Assembly (NCBI GenBank): GCA_902523665.1
Contig: CABZAD010000002.1
Coordinates: 6,263-70,262 of the forward strand
Reading direction: 5' to 3'
Length of the DNA: 64,000 nt
Origin: an uncultured Bacteroidota bacterium
GTDB lineage: Bacteria; Bacteroidota; Bacteroidia; Flavobacteriales; Flavobacteriaceae
The position numbers and the translations under genes were made by a program. The notes below the pieces were generated by a model that was given only the letters and a program-made list of their open reading frames with translations, had not been told where the DNA came from and did no database searches. This document shows, in pieces, positions 1-9,066 of the stretch (position 1 is the first letter of the stretch; each line of letters opens with the position of its first letter).

Positions 1-192
1 CTATTTAATGTCTATGCATTAAAAACTTTATCACCAACAACAGTTGGTTCGTTTATTTATCTTCAGCCAATAATTACAATAATTTTTGCTTTAATTATTG
101 GTAGTGATACACTAGATTCAACCAAAATTTTTTCGTGTATCCTGGTATTTGTTGGAGTATACTTAGTCTCACTTAAGAATAAGAATGGCTAA
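1..192 (+). CDS. EamA/DMT-family transporter, C-terminal fragment (5' end outside window)
   Basis: Frame +1 is open from the window edge to TAA at 190-192. The hydrophobic helices (GSFIYLQPIITIIFALIIG, ILVFVGVYLVS) resemble the last EamA repeat. Confidence 0.5.
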   Translation, partial: LFNVYALKTLSPTTVGSFIYLQPIITIIFALIIGSDTLDSTKIFSCILVFVGVYLVSLKNKNG

Positions 193-245
193 TAAACAAT
201 AATAAATAATAATAAAATATTATAGTGATTTTAAATTTTCTGTAA

Positions 246-253
246 TAAATTTG
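246..253 (+). promoter_or_regulatory. Candidate Bacteroidota -7 promoter box (TAAATTTG)
   Basis: Exact TAnnTTTG match 16 nt upstream of the ATG at 270. Confidence 0.35.
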
Positions 254-269
254 AAAAAAATCAATTCCT

Positions 270-767
270 ATGAGAACTATATTTATTTTGTTTTTATCAA
301 TTTTACTCTTTTCATGTAACAACTCTAATGAAACTAAAGAAAAGTTTACATATGAAAGAGTTAAAGAGGATACATCGTCTGTTCAAACGAACATGATATC
401 TAATAACATAGTATTGAATTCAAATGATCAAATGAAATTTGATAAAAAAGTTATTCGAGTAAATTCTAATCAAAAAGTCACTCTCAAGCTAAATCATACA
501 GGAAAATTTCCTGCTATCTCTATGGGTCACAATTTTGTGTTAATTAAAAAAGGTGTTGATATTAATGAATACGCATTAAGAGCAGCCGGAGCAAGAAATA
601 CCGAATACATTCCTGAGGGTGGAAATGAAATTGCCTACACAAAGATGTTGGGCGGAGGTGAGACTGATACAATAACATTTGACGCACCTGATCCAGGTAC
701 TTACGTGTTTGTGTGTACATTTCCTGGTCATTATCAATTGATGATGGGGGAATTTATAGTAATCTAA
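270..767 (+). CDS. Azurin-like type-1 copper protein (cupredoxin), lipoprotein
   Basis: Lipoprotein-type signal (ILLFSC). Azurin ligand pattern MGHNFVL ... CTFPGHYQLM (Cys-x4-His-x3-Met, with the same CTFPGH core as azurin). Confidence 0.8.
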   Translation: MRTIFILFLSILLFSCNNSNETKEKFTYERVKEDTSSVQTNMISNNIVLNSNDQMKFDKKVIRVNSNQKVTLKLNHTGKFPAISMGHNFVLIKKGVDINEYALRAAGARNTEYIPEGGNEIAYTKMLGGGETDTITFDAPDPGTYVFVCTFPGHYQLMMGEFIVI

Positions 768-1333
768 GTTGGGACACTTCCTTGAATACCAAATTCATTT
801 AAATCTGCACATCCATCGTATTTTCCAGGAACAGGTCTATAGTTTAATATATTATACATAACATATTCATTTACCCTATACGAACGTACAGTAAGATTTC
901 TTATATTTTCTAAATAACTCGAAATGAATTTTTCATTTTCATTTTCAAAGTCGCTCTTATCTAGATATTTTGAAAGATATTGACTAAAAATTTCTGTATT
1001 CAAATTATCACTATTTGTTTCTTTTTTTACTAATGAAAGAAATTTGTTTAAATCTTTTAATACAATTTCTTTATCATTTTTATTTAAAATAGCATTTAAA
1101 TAGGAATCTGTAAACCTAACAATTTTTAAAGATATTGCTCCAGGTGTATCCGTTTCAGGTATTATTGATTCCATTATTAATTCTAGGTTTGACAATTGAT
1201 AATCATTAAAAAATTTTGGTGTCCAGGTCGAATCTGAACTCTGACATCCTTGAATTATTGATACAACAGAGCTTGATAGTGTAATTGTACCAAATGATAA
1301 TCCAATATTTTTAATTGCTTTCCTTCTGTCCAT
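764..1333 (-). CDS. Gluconate 2-dehydrogenase subunit-3-like small subunit with Tat signal
   Basis: N-terminus MDRRKAIKNIGLSFG is a twin-arginine motif. The start overlaps the stop of the GMC gene (TAATG), matching the usual partner arrangement of periplasmic GMC flavoproteins. Confidence 0.7.
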   Translation of the reverse strand: MDRRKAIKNIGLSFGTITLSSSVVSIIQGCQSSDSTWTPKFFNDYQLSNLELIMESIIPETDTPGAISLKIVRFTDSYLNAILNKNDKEIVLKDLNKFLSLVKKETNSDNLNTEIFSQYLSKYLDKSDFENENEKFISSYLENIRNLTVRSYRVNEYVMYNILNYRPVPGKYDGCADLNEFGIQGSVPT

Positions 1334-3033
1334 TAAATGTTCATTTTTTTTAACTCACTTACGGCATGGCTTACAGCTCTCGCTGTAAGTGCCATATAGG
1401 TAATAGATGGGTTTTGATTTCCACCAGATGTCATACAAGATCCATCTGTAACGTAAACATTTTTTACTGAATGTAACTGATTATTAGAGTTTAAGACTGA
1501 TGTTTTTGGGTCCCTTCCCATTCTAGCTGTTCCCATCTCATGAATTCCGTGACCAAAATTATAACTATCAATTCCATCATATGCATAAACTCCTTTGAAT
1601 CCTGATCTTTCAAGCATTTCTTGAGCTTGATTCATCATATCTTTTCTCATTTCATATTCATTATTACCTAATTTAGCATCAAATGTAACTGTTGGAAGAT
1701 TCCATTTATCTTTTTTAGAATAATCTAAGTATATCCTGTTATTGTGATTTGGAAGAATTTCACCAAAACCACTCAAACTTGCACCCCATTTTCCAGGTTG
1801 AGATATTAATTTTTTAAATTGTGGCCCAAAGGATGACATCTCTTTTACTGAATCAATTGAATTCAAACCAATGCCACCACCGCCTTGATACCCATAACCC
1901 CTTACAAAATTTTTCATTTTTGTTTTTTTATTTATGTTTCTAAACCTTGGGACAAAAATTCCACCGGGTCTTCGACCATATTCAGTTTTATCAGAAAAGT
2001 CGTCTAAATATCCTCCTGCTCCAATTATAAAATGATGATCCATAAGATTATGACCTAGCTCTCCGGAATCATTTCCCATACCATTTGGAAATCTATTTGA
2101 CTTAGATTGTAATAAAATTGATGAAGAGGGAATAGTAGATGCACAAACAAAAATTACTTTAGAAAAAAATTCATAGGTTAAATTTGTTTCTGCATCAATT
2201 ACCTTAACACCAGTTGCTCTTTTCTCATTTTCATCATAAATTATCTCGTATACTATTGAGTGAGGTCTCAGAGTCATATTACCCGTAGCCTCAGCTGCAG
2301 GTAATGTAGAGGAATTACTACTAAAGTATGCACCGTAAGGACACCCTCTTCTACATAAATTTCTATTCTGACATGTAACACGGCCAAGGCCAGGTTTAGT
2401 GCCTTCTGTGATATGAGCAACTCTGGCAGAGGTTAATATCCTGTCATTGTAATTCTCATATATCTTTTCTTTGAGATATTTTTCTGCACAATTTAGATCC
2501 AGCGGTTTCAAAAATTTACCATCAGGGAAGTGTGATAAACCCAGTTTTTCCCCACTAACTCCAATATATTCCTCAACATAATCATACCATGGAGAAATAT
2601 CTTTATATCTAATTGGCCAGTCAACCCCAAAACCATCATTTATGTTTGCTTCGAAATCAAGGTCACTAAGTCTGTATGTTTGCCTTCCCCACATTAGTGA
2701 TCTTCCTCCAACATGATATCCCCTAATCCAATTAAATGGCTTTTCTTCATTATAAGGATGATCATTATCATTTACCCAAAAATGTTTAGTCGATTCTGTA
2801 CATTGACCTGTCCTAGTTTGTTTTGGATGGTCCTTATATAGTTGTTGAGTCTTTGTATTGCCTGCTTCAAATTCCCAAGGATGCATGTTCATGGTTGGGT
2901 AATCTTCAATGTGCCTTACCATTCTGCCTCTTTCTAATACAAGTGTCTTTAATCCTTTTTCAGTGAGTTCTTTAGCCGCCCAACCACCACTTATACCAGT
3001 TCCAATAACTATAGCATCAAATTTATTTTCCAT
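1333..3033 (-). CDS. GMC-family FAD oxidoreductase (sugar/glycoside dehydrogenase large subunit)
   Basis: N-terminal FAD fold DAIVIGTGISGGWAAKEL. 566 aa. C-terminal GMC motifs (HEMGTARMG, VTDGS). No signal peptide of its own. Confidence 0.85.
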   Translation of the reverse strand: MENKFDAIVIGTGISGGWAAKELTEKGLKTLVLERGRMVRHIEDYPTMNMHPWEFEAGNTKTQQLYKDHPKQTRTGQCTESTKHFWVNDNDHPYNEEKPFNWIRGYHVGGRSLMWGRQTYRLSDLDFEANINDGFGVDWPIRYKDISPWYDYVEEYIGVSGEKLGLSHFPDGKFLKPLDLNCAEKYLKEKIYENYNDRILTSARVAHITEGTKPGLGRVTCQNRNLCRRGCPYGAYFSSNSSTLPAAEATGNMTLRPHSIVYEIIYDENEKRATGVKVIDAETNLTYEFFSKVIFVCASTIPSSSILLQSKSNRFPNGMGNDSGELGHNLMDHHFIIGAGGYLDDFSDKTEYGRRPGGIFVPRFRNINKKTKMKNFVRGYGYQGGGGIGLNSIDSVKEMSSFGPQFKKLISQPGKWGASLSGFGEILPNHNNRIYLDYSKKDKWNLPTVTFDAKLGNNEYEMRKDMMNQAQEMLERSGFKGVYAYDGIDSYNFGHGIHEMGTARMGRDPKTSVLNSNNQLHSVKNVYVTDGSCMTSGGNQNPSITYMALTARAVSHAVSELKKMNI

Positions 3034-3130
3034 TAAACCTAATTAGAAACCAATTCTAATTTAACATTAAATATTTTAAATCATAATTAATTATTTAAAT
3101 TTATATTTATAGTATATAAAACCATTTAAT

Positions 3131-4084
3131 ATGAAACGTAAAGAATTTATCAAATTAGCTTCAACTAGTGCACTTAGTTTATCCTCATTAGGTCACCTAT
3201 CTTTCAATTTATTTAGAGAACCTTTTTTTAAACTTTCTCTTGCTCAATGGTCCTTCAATAAAAGTATTAGATATGGATCAATGTCACCGTATAGTTTTGC
3301 AAAAGTTGCTAAAGATCTAGGTTTTGGTGGCTTAGAATATGTTAATCAATTGTACATGGGTATTATGGATACATCAGGTGGTGATAAAATTACATCAGTA
3401 AAGTTTTGGGCTAAAGAAAATAGTAAGTTAGCAAATGAGAATGGGATTGAAAATGTATTAATTATGATTGATAGTGAAGGAGACTTAGCTGATGAAAATA
3501 GAAATAGAAGAAACCAATCAATTGATAATCACAAATTATGGGTAGATGCAGCTAACGAATCTGGGTGTAAAAGTATTAGAGTAAATCTACATGGTACAAA
3601 TAATAAAAATAAATGGAAAGAGTATTCTATGGAAAGTCTTACTAAGCTTGCAAGTTATGCTCAAAGCTTAAATATTAATGTTATTGTTGAAAACCATGGT
3701 CAACTATCATCCAATATTCCAGTTTTAATGGAGGTTATAAATAGTGTAAACATGAAAAATTGTGGAACACTTCCTGATTTTGGAAATTTTTGTATGGTTT
3801 CAGGTTATGGTAATATTTTTGGTGGTGAATGTCCAGAAATTTATGATTTATACAAAGGTGTTGAGGAAATGATGCCTAAAGCATATGCAGTAAGTGCCAA
3901 GTCGAATGATTTTGACAGTAATGGAAATGAAAAGACAATTGATTATGAAAAAATGCTTAGAATAGTTAAAAATTTTGGTTATAACGGGTTCATAGGTGTT
4001 GAATATGAGGGAAGTAGACTTTCAGAAATTGAAGGAATTAAGGCAACCCGAGATTTATTAATTAAAATTGGTCAATCAATATAA
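3131..4084 (+). CDS. Xylose-isomerase-like TIM-barrel protein (sugar phosphate isomerase/epimerase family), probably exported
   Basis: 317 aa with an N-terminal signal-like segment MKRKEFIKLASTSALSLSS. Family-typical stretches are IRVNLHG and VIVENHG. Confidence 0.75.
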   Translation: MKRKEFIKLASTSALSLSSLGHLSFNLFREPFFKLSLAQWSFNKSIRYGSMSPYSFAKVAKDLGFGGLEYVNQLYMGIMDTSGGDKITSVKFWAKENSKLANENGIENVLIMIDSEGDLADENRNRRNQSIDNHKLWVDAANESGCKSIRVNLHGTNNKNKWKEYSMESLTKLASYAQSLNINVIVENHGQLSSNIPVLMEVINSVNMKNCGTLPDFGNFCMVSGYGNIFGGECPEIYDLYKGVEEMMPKAYAVSAKSNDFDSNGNEKTIDYEKMLRIVKNFGYNGFIGVEYEGSRLSEIEGIKATRDLLIKIGQSI

Positions 4085-4090
4085 CAGAGA

Positions 4091-5302
4091 ATGAATAAGT
4101 CAATAAATATTAGATTAAGTATAATGATGTTTCTGGAATTTTTTATATGGGGATGTTGGTTTGTTACAATGGGGACGTTTCTTTCCCAATCTTTCAATTC
4201 TTCTGGAGCACAGATTGGTCTTGCATATGAGACTCAATCTTGGGGAGCAATAATTGCTCCATTTATTATTGGACTTATAGCTGACAGGTACTTTGATGCA
4301 GAAAAGATTCTTGCATTAATTCATATTATTGGTGGTGGTCTTTTATTCATGTGTTCGATAGCCATTGGGTTTGAAAGTTTTTTCCCTTATATACTCATAT
4401 ATATGATACTTTATATGCCAACTTTAGCGCTGGTAAACTCCATTTCTTTTAGACAAATGTCTGATCCATCAAAAGAGTTCCCTAAAATTAGGGTTTGGGG
4501 TACAATTGGTTGGGTTGTAGCAGGTTTAGTAATAAGTTATGGTGTTGGTTGGGAAGCAAGCCAAACACTTGAATATACTTTCTACTTAGCTGCTATTGTT
4601 TCAGTAATTCTTGGTGTTTTCAGCTTTACATTGCCTAAGACTCCCCCTAAAGGAAAGAATTCTTCTAGCCCAAGTTTAAAAGAAATTCTTGGCCTTGATG
4701 CTTTAAAATTACTTAATGACTCGAAATACTTAATATTTTTTATATCATCAATTTTAATTTCAATTCCTTTGTCATTTTATTATGCAGATGCAAATTTATT
4801 CTTAAATGAACTTGGTATGGCTAATGCTGCGGGTGTTATGACTTTGGGTCAGATTTCTGAGGCTCTATTCATATTGTTACTTCCTGTTTTCTTAAAAAGA
4901 TATGGTATTAAAACTACTCTTGCAGTAGGTATGTTTGCTTGGGCATTAAGATATGTGCTTTTTGCTTTTGGAGATACAGGATCTAATATTTGGATGCTCA
5001 TTTTTGGAATAATCTTACATGGTGTTTGTTATGACTTTTTCTTTGTTTCAGGTCAAATCTATACTGACTTTAAAGCTGGAGAAAAATATAAAAGCGCTGC
5101 GCAGGGTCTAATAACTCTTGCAGTTTATGGAATAGGTATGTTAATTGGATTTAGACTTGCTGGAAGAGTAACAGATATCTATGCAATAGACGGTGGGCAC
5201 AATTGGTCCGAAATATGGACAATACCAGCGATTTTTGCATTTGTAGTATTCGTATTATTCATAGTAATATATAAAAACGAAAAAATAGAAATTGAAAAGT
5301 AA
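4091..5302 (+). CDS. MFS transporter, nucleoside:H+ symporter (NupG/XapB-like) family
   Basis: 403 aa and about 12 hydrophobic segments. The N-terminus IRLSIMMFLEFFIWGCWFVTMG is typical of the NupG-like family. Confidence 0.75.
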   Translation: MNKSINIRLSIMMFLEFFIWGCWFVTMGTFLSQSFNSSGAQIGLAYETQSWGAIIAPFIIGLIADRYFDAEKILALIHIIGGGLLFMCSIAIGFESFFPYILIYMILYMPTLALVNSISFRQMSDPSKEFPKIRVWGTIGWVVAGLVISYGVGWEASQTLEYTFYLAAIVSVILGVFSFTLPKTPPKGKNSSSPSLKEILGLDALKLLNDSKYLIFFISSILISIPLSFYYADANLFLNELGMANAAGVMTLGQISEALFILLLPVFLKRYGIKTTLAVGMFAWALRYVLFAFGDTGSNIWMLIFGIILHGVCYDFFFVSGQIYTDFKAGEKYKSAAQGLITLAVYGIGMLIGFRLAGRVTDIYAIDGGHNWSEIWTIPAIFAFVVFVLFIVIYKNEKIEIEK

Positions 5303-6428
5303 AATTAGATTAGGAATTCTTGGTGGCGGTGGAGATTCTCTAATTGGGATTGTTCACAGAATTGCTTCATCTATGCACGACAAATACTCTATAATTGGTG
5401 GTGTTTTTAATCCAGATTATTCTGAAAATCTAAAATTTGCAAAAGAGATTGGCCTTGATGAATCACGAGTTTATGAAGACTATGACAAAATGATTCAAGA
5501 AGAGTTAAAATTAGACAAAAGTCAAAGAATGCAAGTTGTCTCAATATTGACCCCCAACTTTCTTCACTATCCTATGGCTAAAAAGCTTCTTGAAAATAAT
5601 TTTAATGTAATTTGTGAAAAGCCTATGACAACTACTTATGAAGAGGCTCTCAATTTAGAAAGAATTTATAAATCCAAAAAATTAACTTTTGCTGTCACTT
5701 ATACTTACACTGGGTACCCAATGATTAGACAAATGAAGGAAATGATAAAAAATGGTGTAATTGGAAATATTCAAAGAGTAGATCTTCAATACTATCAGGG
5801 TTGGATTAATCCTATTATTCATGATAGTGTGAGAAGATCTGAAACATGGAGACTTCAACCTGATATGTCGGGAATAAGTTGTTGTATTGGTGATATTGGC
5901 ACTCATGCCTTTGACATGTTAGAATATGTAACCGGAATGGAAGTACAAGAACTCTTGTCTGATTTAAATTATGTTTATGATGATAATACAATGGATGTAG
6001 ATGGGACAATTTTAATTCGATTTTCAGATAAAATAAAAGGAGTCATTAGAGCTAGTCAGATAGCTACAGGTGAAGAGAATTGTTTTACAGTTGCAATATA
6101 TGGAAGAAAAGGTGGGTTAAAATGGCAACAAGAAAATCCAAATTATCTTAATCATTTAAGTGATTCAAAGCCTCTTCAGGTTCTTAAACCTGGTCATAAT
6201 TACAATTCTAATTTTTCAAAAATTTCAGCTAAATTACCGCCAGGACATCCAGAGGGTATGTTTGACTCCATGGCTAATATATATAATGGTGTAGCAAGGG
6301 AAATTCGAGGTGAAAAGGAATTTGATGGAGAGTTTCCTTCACTAAATGATGGTCTGAGGGGAATGTTATTTATAGAAAAAGCTGTTGAGTCTCATCAAAA
6401 AGGCAACAAATGGGTAAAATTAAATTAA
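5292..6428 (+). CDS. Gfo/Idh/MocA-family NAD(P)-dependent oxidoreductase
   Basis: Rossmann N-terminus IRLGILGGGGDSLIG and EKP motif (VICEKPMT). TTG start at 5292 overlaps the end of the transporter gene by 11 nt. Confidence 0.85.
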   Translation: MKSKIRLGILGGGGDSLIGIVHRIASSMHDKYSIIGGVFNPDYSENLKFAKEIGLDESRVYEDYDKMIQEELKLDKSQRMQVVSILTPNFLHYPMAKKLLENNFNVICEKPMTTTYEEALNLERIYKSKKLTFAVTYTYTGYPMIRQMKEMIKNGVIGNIQRVDLQYYQGWINPIIHDSVRRSETWRLQPDMSGISCCIGDIGTHAFDMLEYVTGMEVQELLSDLNYVYDDNTMDVDGTILIRFSDKIKGVIRASQIATGEENCFTVAIYGRKGGLKWQQENPNYLNHLSDSKPLQVLKPGHNYNSNFSKISAKLPPGHPEGMFDSMANIYNGVAREIRGEKEFDGEFPSLNDGLRGMLFIEKAVESHQKGNKWVKLN

Positions 6429-6429
6429 A

Positions 6430-7482
6430 ATGAAGACTATAAAAGGACCTGCAGTATTTCTTGCTCAATTTGTAGATAAATCTGAACCATTTAATTCTCT
6501 CGATGGAATATGTAAATGGGCATCTGAATTAGGATATAAGGGTATTCAAATTCCAACATGGGAGAGTTCATTAATTGATTTAGATAAGGCATCTGAGAGC
6601 CAAGATTATTGTGATGAATTGTCTGAAAAAGTTAGATCATATGGCCTGGAGATAACTGAACTATCTACTCATCTTCAAGGCCAGCTTGTAGCAGTGCATC
6701 CTGCATATGATTTGATGTTTGATAATTTTGCACCTGATAATCTAAAAAAAAATCCAAGAGAAAGAACAAAGTGGGCGGTTGAGACAGTTAAAAAAGCTGC
6801 AATTGCTAGTAGGCGTCTTGGCTTAAAATCTCATGCAACTTTTTCTGGAGCCCTTCTATGGCACACATGGCACCCATGGCCTCAGGCTCCCATGGGATTA
6901 GTTGAAATGGGTTTTAAGGAATTGGCAAAAAGATGGCTCCCAATTTTAAATGTATTTGATGAAAACGGAGTTGATGTTTGTTATGAAATACACCCAGGAG
7001 AAGATCTTCATGATGGTATAACATTTGAACGTTTTCTTAAGGCTACAAATAATCATAAGAGGGTAAATATATTATACGATCCAAGTCATTTTATACTTCA
7101 GCAGCTAGACTACATAACATATATTGATCATTATCATGAATTTATAAAGTCTTTTCATGTAAAAGATGCTGAATTTAATCCTACAGGTAAGAAAGGAGCT
7201 TTTGGAGGTTATTTAGATTGGGCTGATAGAGCTGGAAGGTATAGGTCTCTTGGTGACGGTCAGATTGATTTTAAAACTATTTTCTCAAAATTAACCCAGT
7301 ATGGATGTGATGTTTGGGCAGTTTTGGAATGGGAGTGTTGTATCAAAAGTCCTGAACAGGGAGCAATCGAAGGTGCAAAAATAATTCAAGATTTAATTAT
7401 TAATTGTACCGATAAAAAATTCGATGATTTTGCAGGAGGTAAAACAAATGATGAAGATTTAAAAAACATTTTAAATATTTAA
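6430..7482 (+). CDS. Xylose-isomerase-like TIM-barrel protein (sugar phosphate isomerase/epimerase family), cytoplasmic
   Basis: 350 aa with no signal peptide. Starts 2 nt after the Gfo/Idh/MocA stop. Typical stretches are CYEIHPGEDLHD and FHVKD. Confidence 0.8.
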   Translation: MKTIKGPAVFLAQFVDKSEPFNSLDGICKWASELGYKGIQIPTWESSLIDLDKASESQDYCDELSEKVRSYGLEITELSTHLQGQLVAVHPAYDLMFDNFAPDNLKKNPRERTKWAVETVKKAAIASRRLGLKSHATFSGALLWHTWHPWPQAPMGLVEMGFKELAKRWLPILNVFDENGVDVCYEIHPGEDLHDGITFERFLKATNNHKRVNILYDPSHFILQQLDYITYIDHYHEFIKSFHVKDAEFNPTGKKGAFGGYLDWADRAGRYRSLGDGQIDFKTIFSKLTQYGCDVWAVLEWECCIKSPEQGAIEGAKIIQDLIINCTDKKFDDFAGGKTNDEDLKNILNI

Positions 7483-7484
7483 AT

Positions 7485-8264
7485 ATGATAAGGCTTATTA
7501 TTTTTCTTTTTATTTCAAGTTCGTTAATTTCTCAGGAGTCAGATTGGAAATATCTTTTTGACGGTAGCTCTTTAGAAGGATGGCATCAATACAAAAGTGA
7601 TAAAATGAGTGAAGCTTGGTATATAGAAGATGGTGAGCTCGTTTTAAATTCAAGTAATGATAATATTAGTAGAGGTAATGATATATTATATGAAAAAGAA
7701 TTTTCCAATTTTGAACTATCCTTGGAGTGGAAAATACCAAGAGGTGGGAATAGTGGTGTATTTTTCAATGTAGTTGAAATTGATGAAGTAGATGCACCAT
7801 GGAAAACAGGTCCAGAAATACAAATTTTAGATAATAACTATTTCTTTGATACAAATCAAAAAGATTTATTAGATTATTTAAAAAAATTTAATGGTAAAAA
7901 TGAAAAGCTAAGCAATTACCATAAGGCTCCTGCTCTATATGGTCTTAAGCCTATAGGAGAAATTAAATATAATCCTCACGGAGAGTGGAACCACTTGGTT
8001 TTGAAAGTAGATAACAAGAAGAATGAAGGATCAATTACTTTGAATGGTAAATATGTATATTCTTTTCCACTATATGGTGAAGAATGGGATAAATTGATAT
8101 CTCAATCAAAATTTAATTCTGATGATTATTTTTCTGGATTAAGCCCTGATCATATTTTTTACACTTATGCTCCATATTTTGGTAAATTTCAATCTGGTAA
8201 GATAGGTTTACAAGATCATGGTTGGAGTGTAAGGTTTAAAAATATAAAAATTAAAGAATTATAA
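7485..8264 (+). CDS. DUF1080 (3-keto-disaccharide hydrolase family) protein, secreted
   Basis: Signal peptide, then DWKYLFDGSSLEGWHQY ... GNSGVFF ... GPEIQILDN ... GKIGLQDHG ... FKNIKIKEL, the characteristic DUF1080 layout. Confidence 0.85.
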   Translation: MIRLIIFLFISSSLISQESDWKYLFDGSSLEGWHQYKSDKMSEAWYIEDGELVLNSSNDNISRGNDILYEKEFSNFELSLEWKIPRGGNSGVFFNVVEIDEVDAPWKTGPEIQILDNNYFFDTNQKDLLDYLKKFNGKNEKLSNYHKAPALYGLKPIGEIKYNPHGEWNHLVLKVDNKKNEGSITLNGKYVYSFPLYGEEWDKLISQSKFNSDDYFSGLSPDHIFYTYAPYFGKFQSGKIGLQDHGWSVRFKNIKIKEL

Positions 8265-8981
8265 ATGAGATATTTACTAATATTGTTTATTACATTTTTT
8301 TCTCCAATTTTTTTTGAAAATGTTCAATCTGATTGGAAATACATATTTGATGGAAAAAGTTTTGATGGATGGCATCAATATAATAGTGATGAAATTGGGA
8401 GTCAATGGTCTATAGATAACGGTGAATTAATCTTTACAAATAATAAAGAGAAAAAACAGGATCTTGTAACAGAACAAGAATTTGAAAACTTTGAACTTTC
8501 AATTGAGTGGAATATTTCAAAAGGAGGAAATAGTGGGATTTTTTATGGAGTAAAAGAGTTCGCTGAACTGGATGAGGCATACAAATCAGGGCCAGAGATT
8601 CAAGTATTAGATAATGAAAATTTTTATACTGCTACTAAACTTCATAGAAGCCCATCGTTATATGATCTAGTTGGGCCTGATAAAAATAATGTGATGGTTA
8701 ATCCTCATGGAGAGTGGAATCATTTATTGCTCAAAATTGATCACAAAAAAAATTTAGGTACAGTAGTAATGAATGGGCATTTTGCTTTTTCATATCCACT
8801 ATCTGGGCCAGAATGGGATAAGCTTGTTTCAAAATCTAAATTTAGATTTAAAGATTACTATGTCAATAGAGGTACAAATAATGAATTTCTAGCATTTGGA
8901 TCATTTAAATCTGGTAAAATTGGTCTTCAGGACCATGGAAGCAATGTCAAATTTAGAAATATAAAAATTAGAGAATTATAA
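8265..8981 (+). CDS. DUF1080 (3-keto-disaccharide hydrolase family) protein, secreted; tandem paralogue
   Basis: Same motif series as the preceding gene (DWKYIFDGKSFDGWHQY, GNSGIFY, GPEIQVLDN, GKIGLQDHG, FRNIKIREL). Starts the base after its stop. Confidence 0.85.
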   Translation: MRYLLILFITFFSPIFFENVQSDWKYIFDGKSFDGWHQYNSDEIGSQWSIDNGELIFTNNKEKKQDLVTEQEFENFELSIEWNISKGGNSGIFYGVKEFAELDEAYKSGPEIQVLDNENFYTATKLHRSPSLYDLVGPDKNNVMVNPHGEWNHLLLKIDHKKNLGTVVMNGHFAFSYPLSGPEWDKLVSKSKFRFKDYYVNRGTNNEFLAFGSFKSGKIGLQDHGSNVKFRNIKIREL

Positions 8982-9066
8982 ACAATAGCATGAAATACTT
9001 TATATGTAACAATGAGAAAAAAGAGAGGCTTGTAAAAATAAAGAAGAATATCTTTAATTCTATAAG

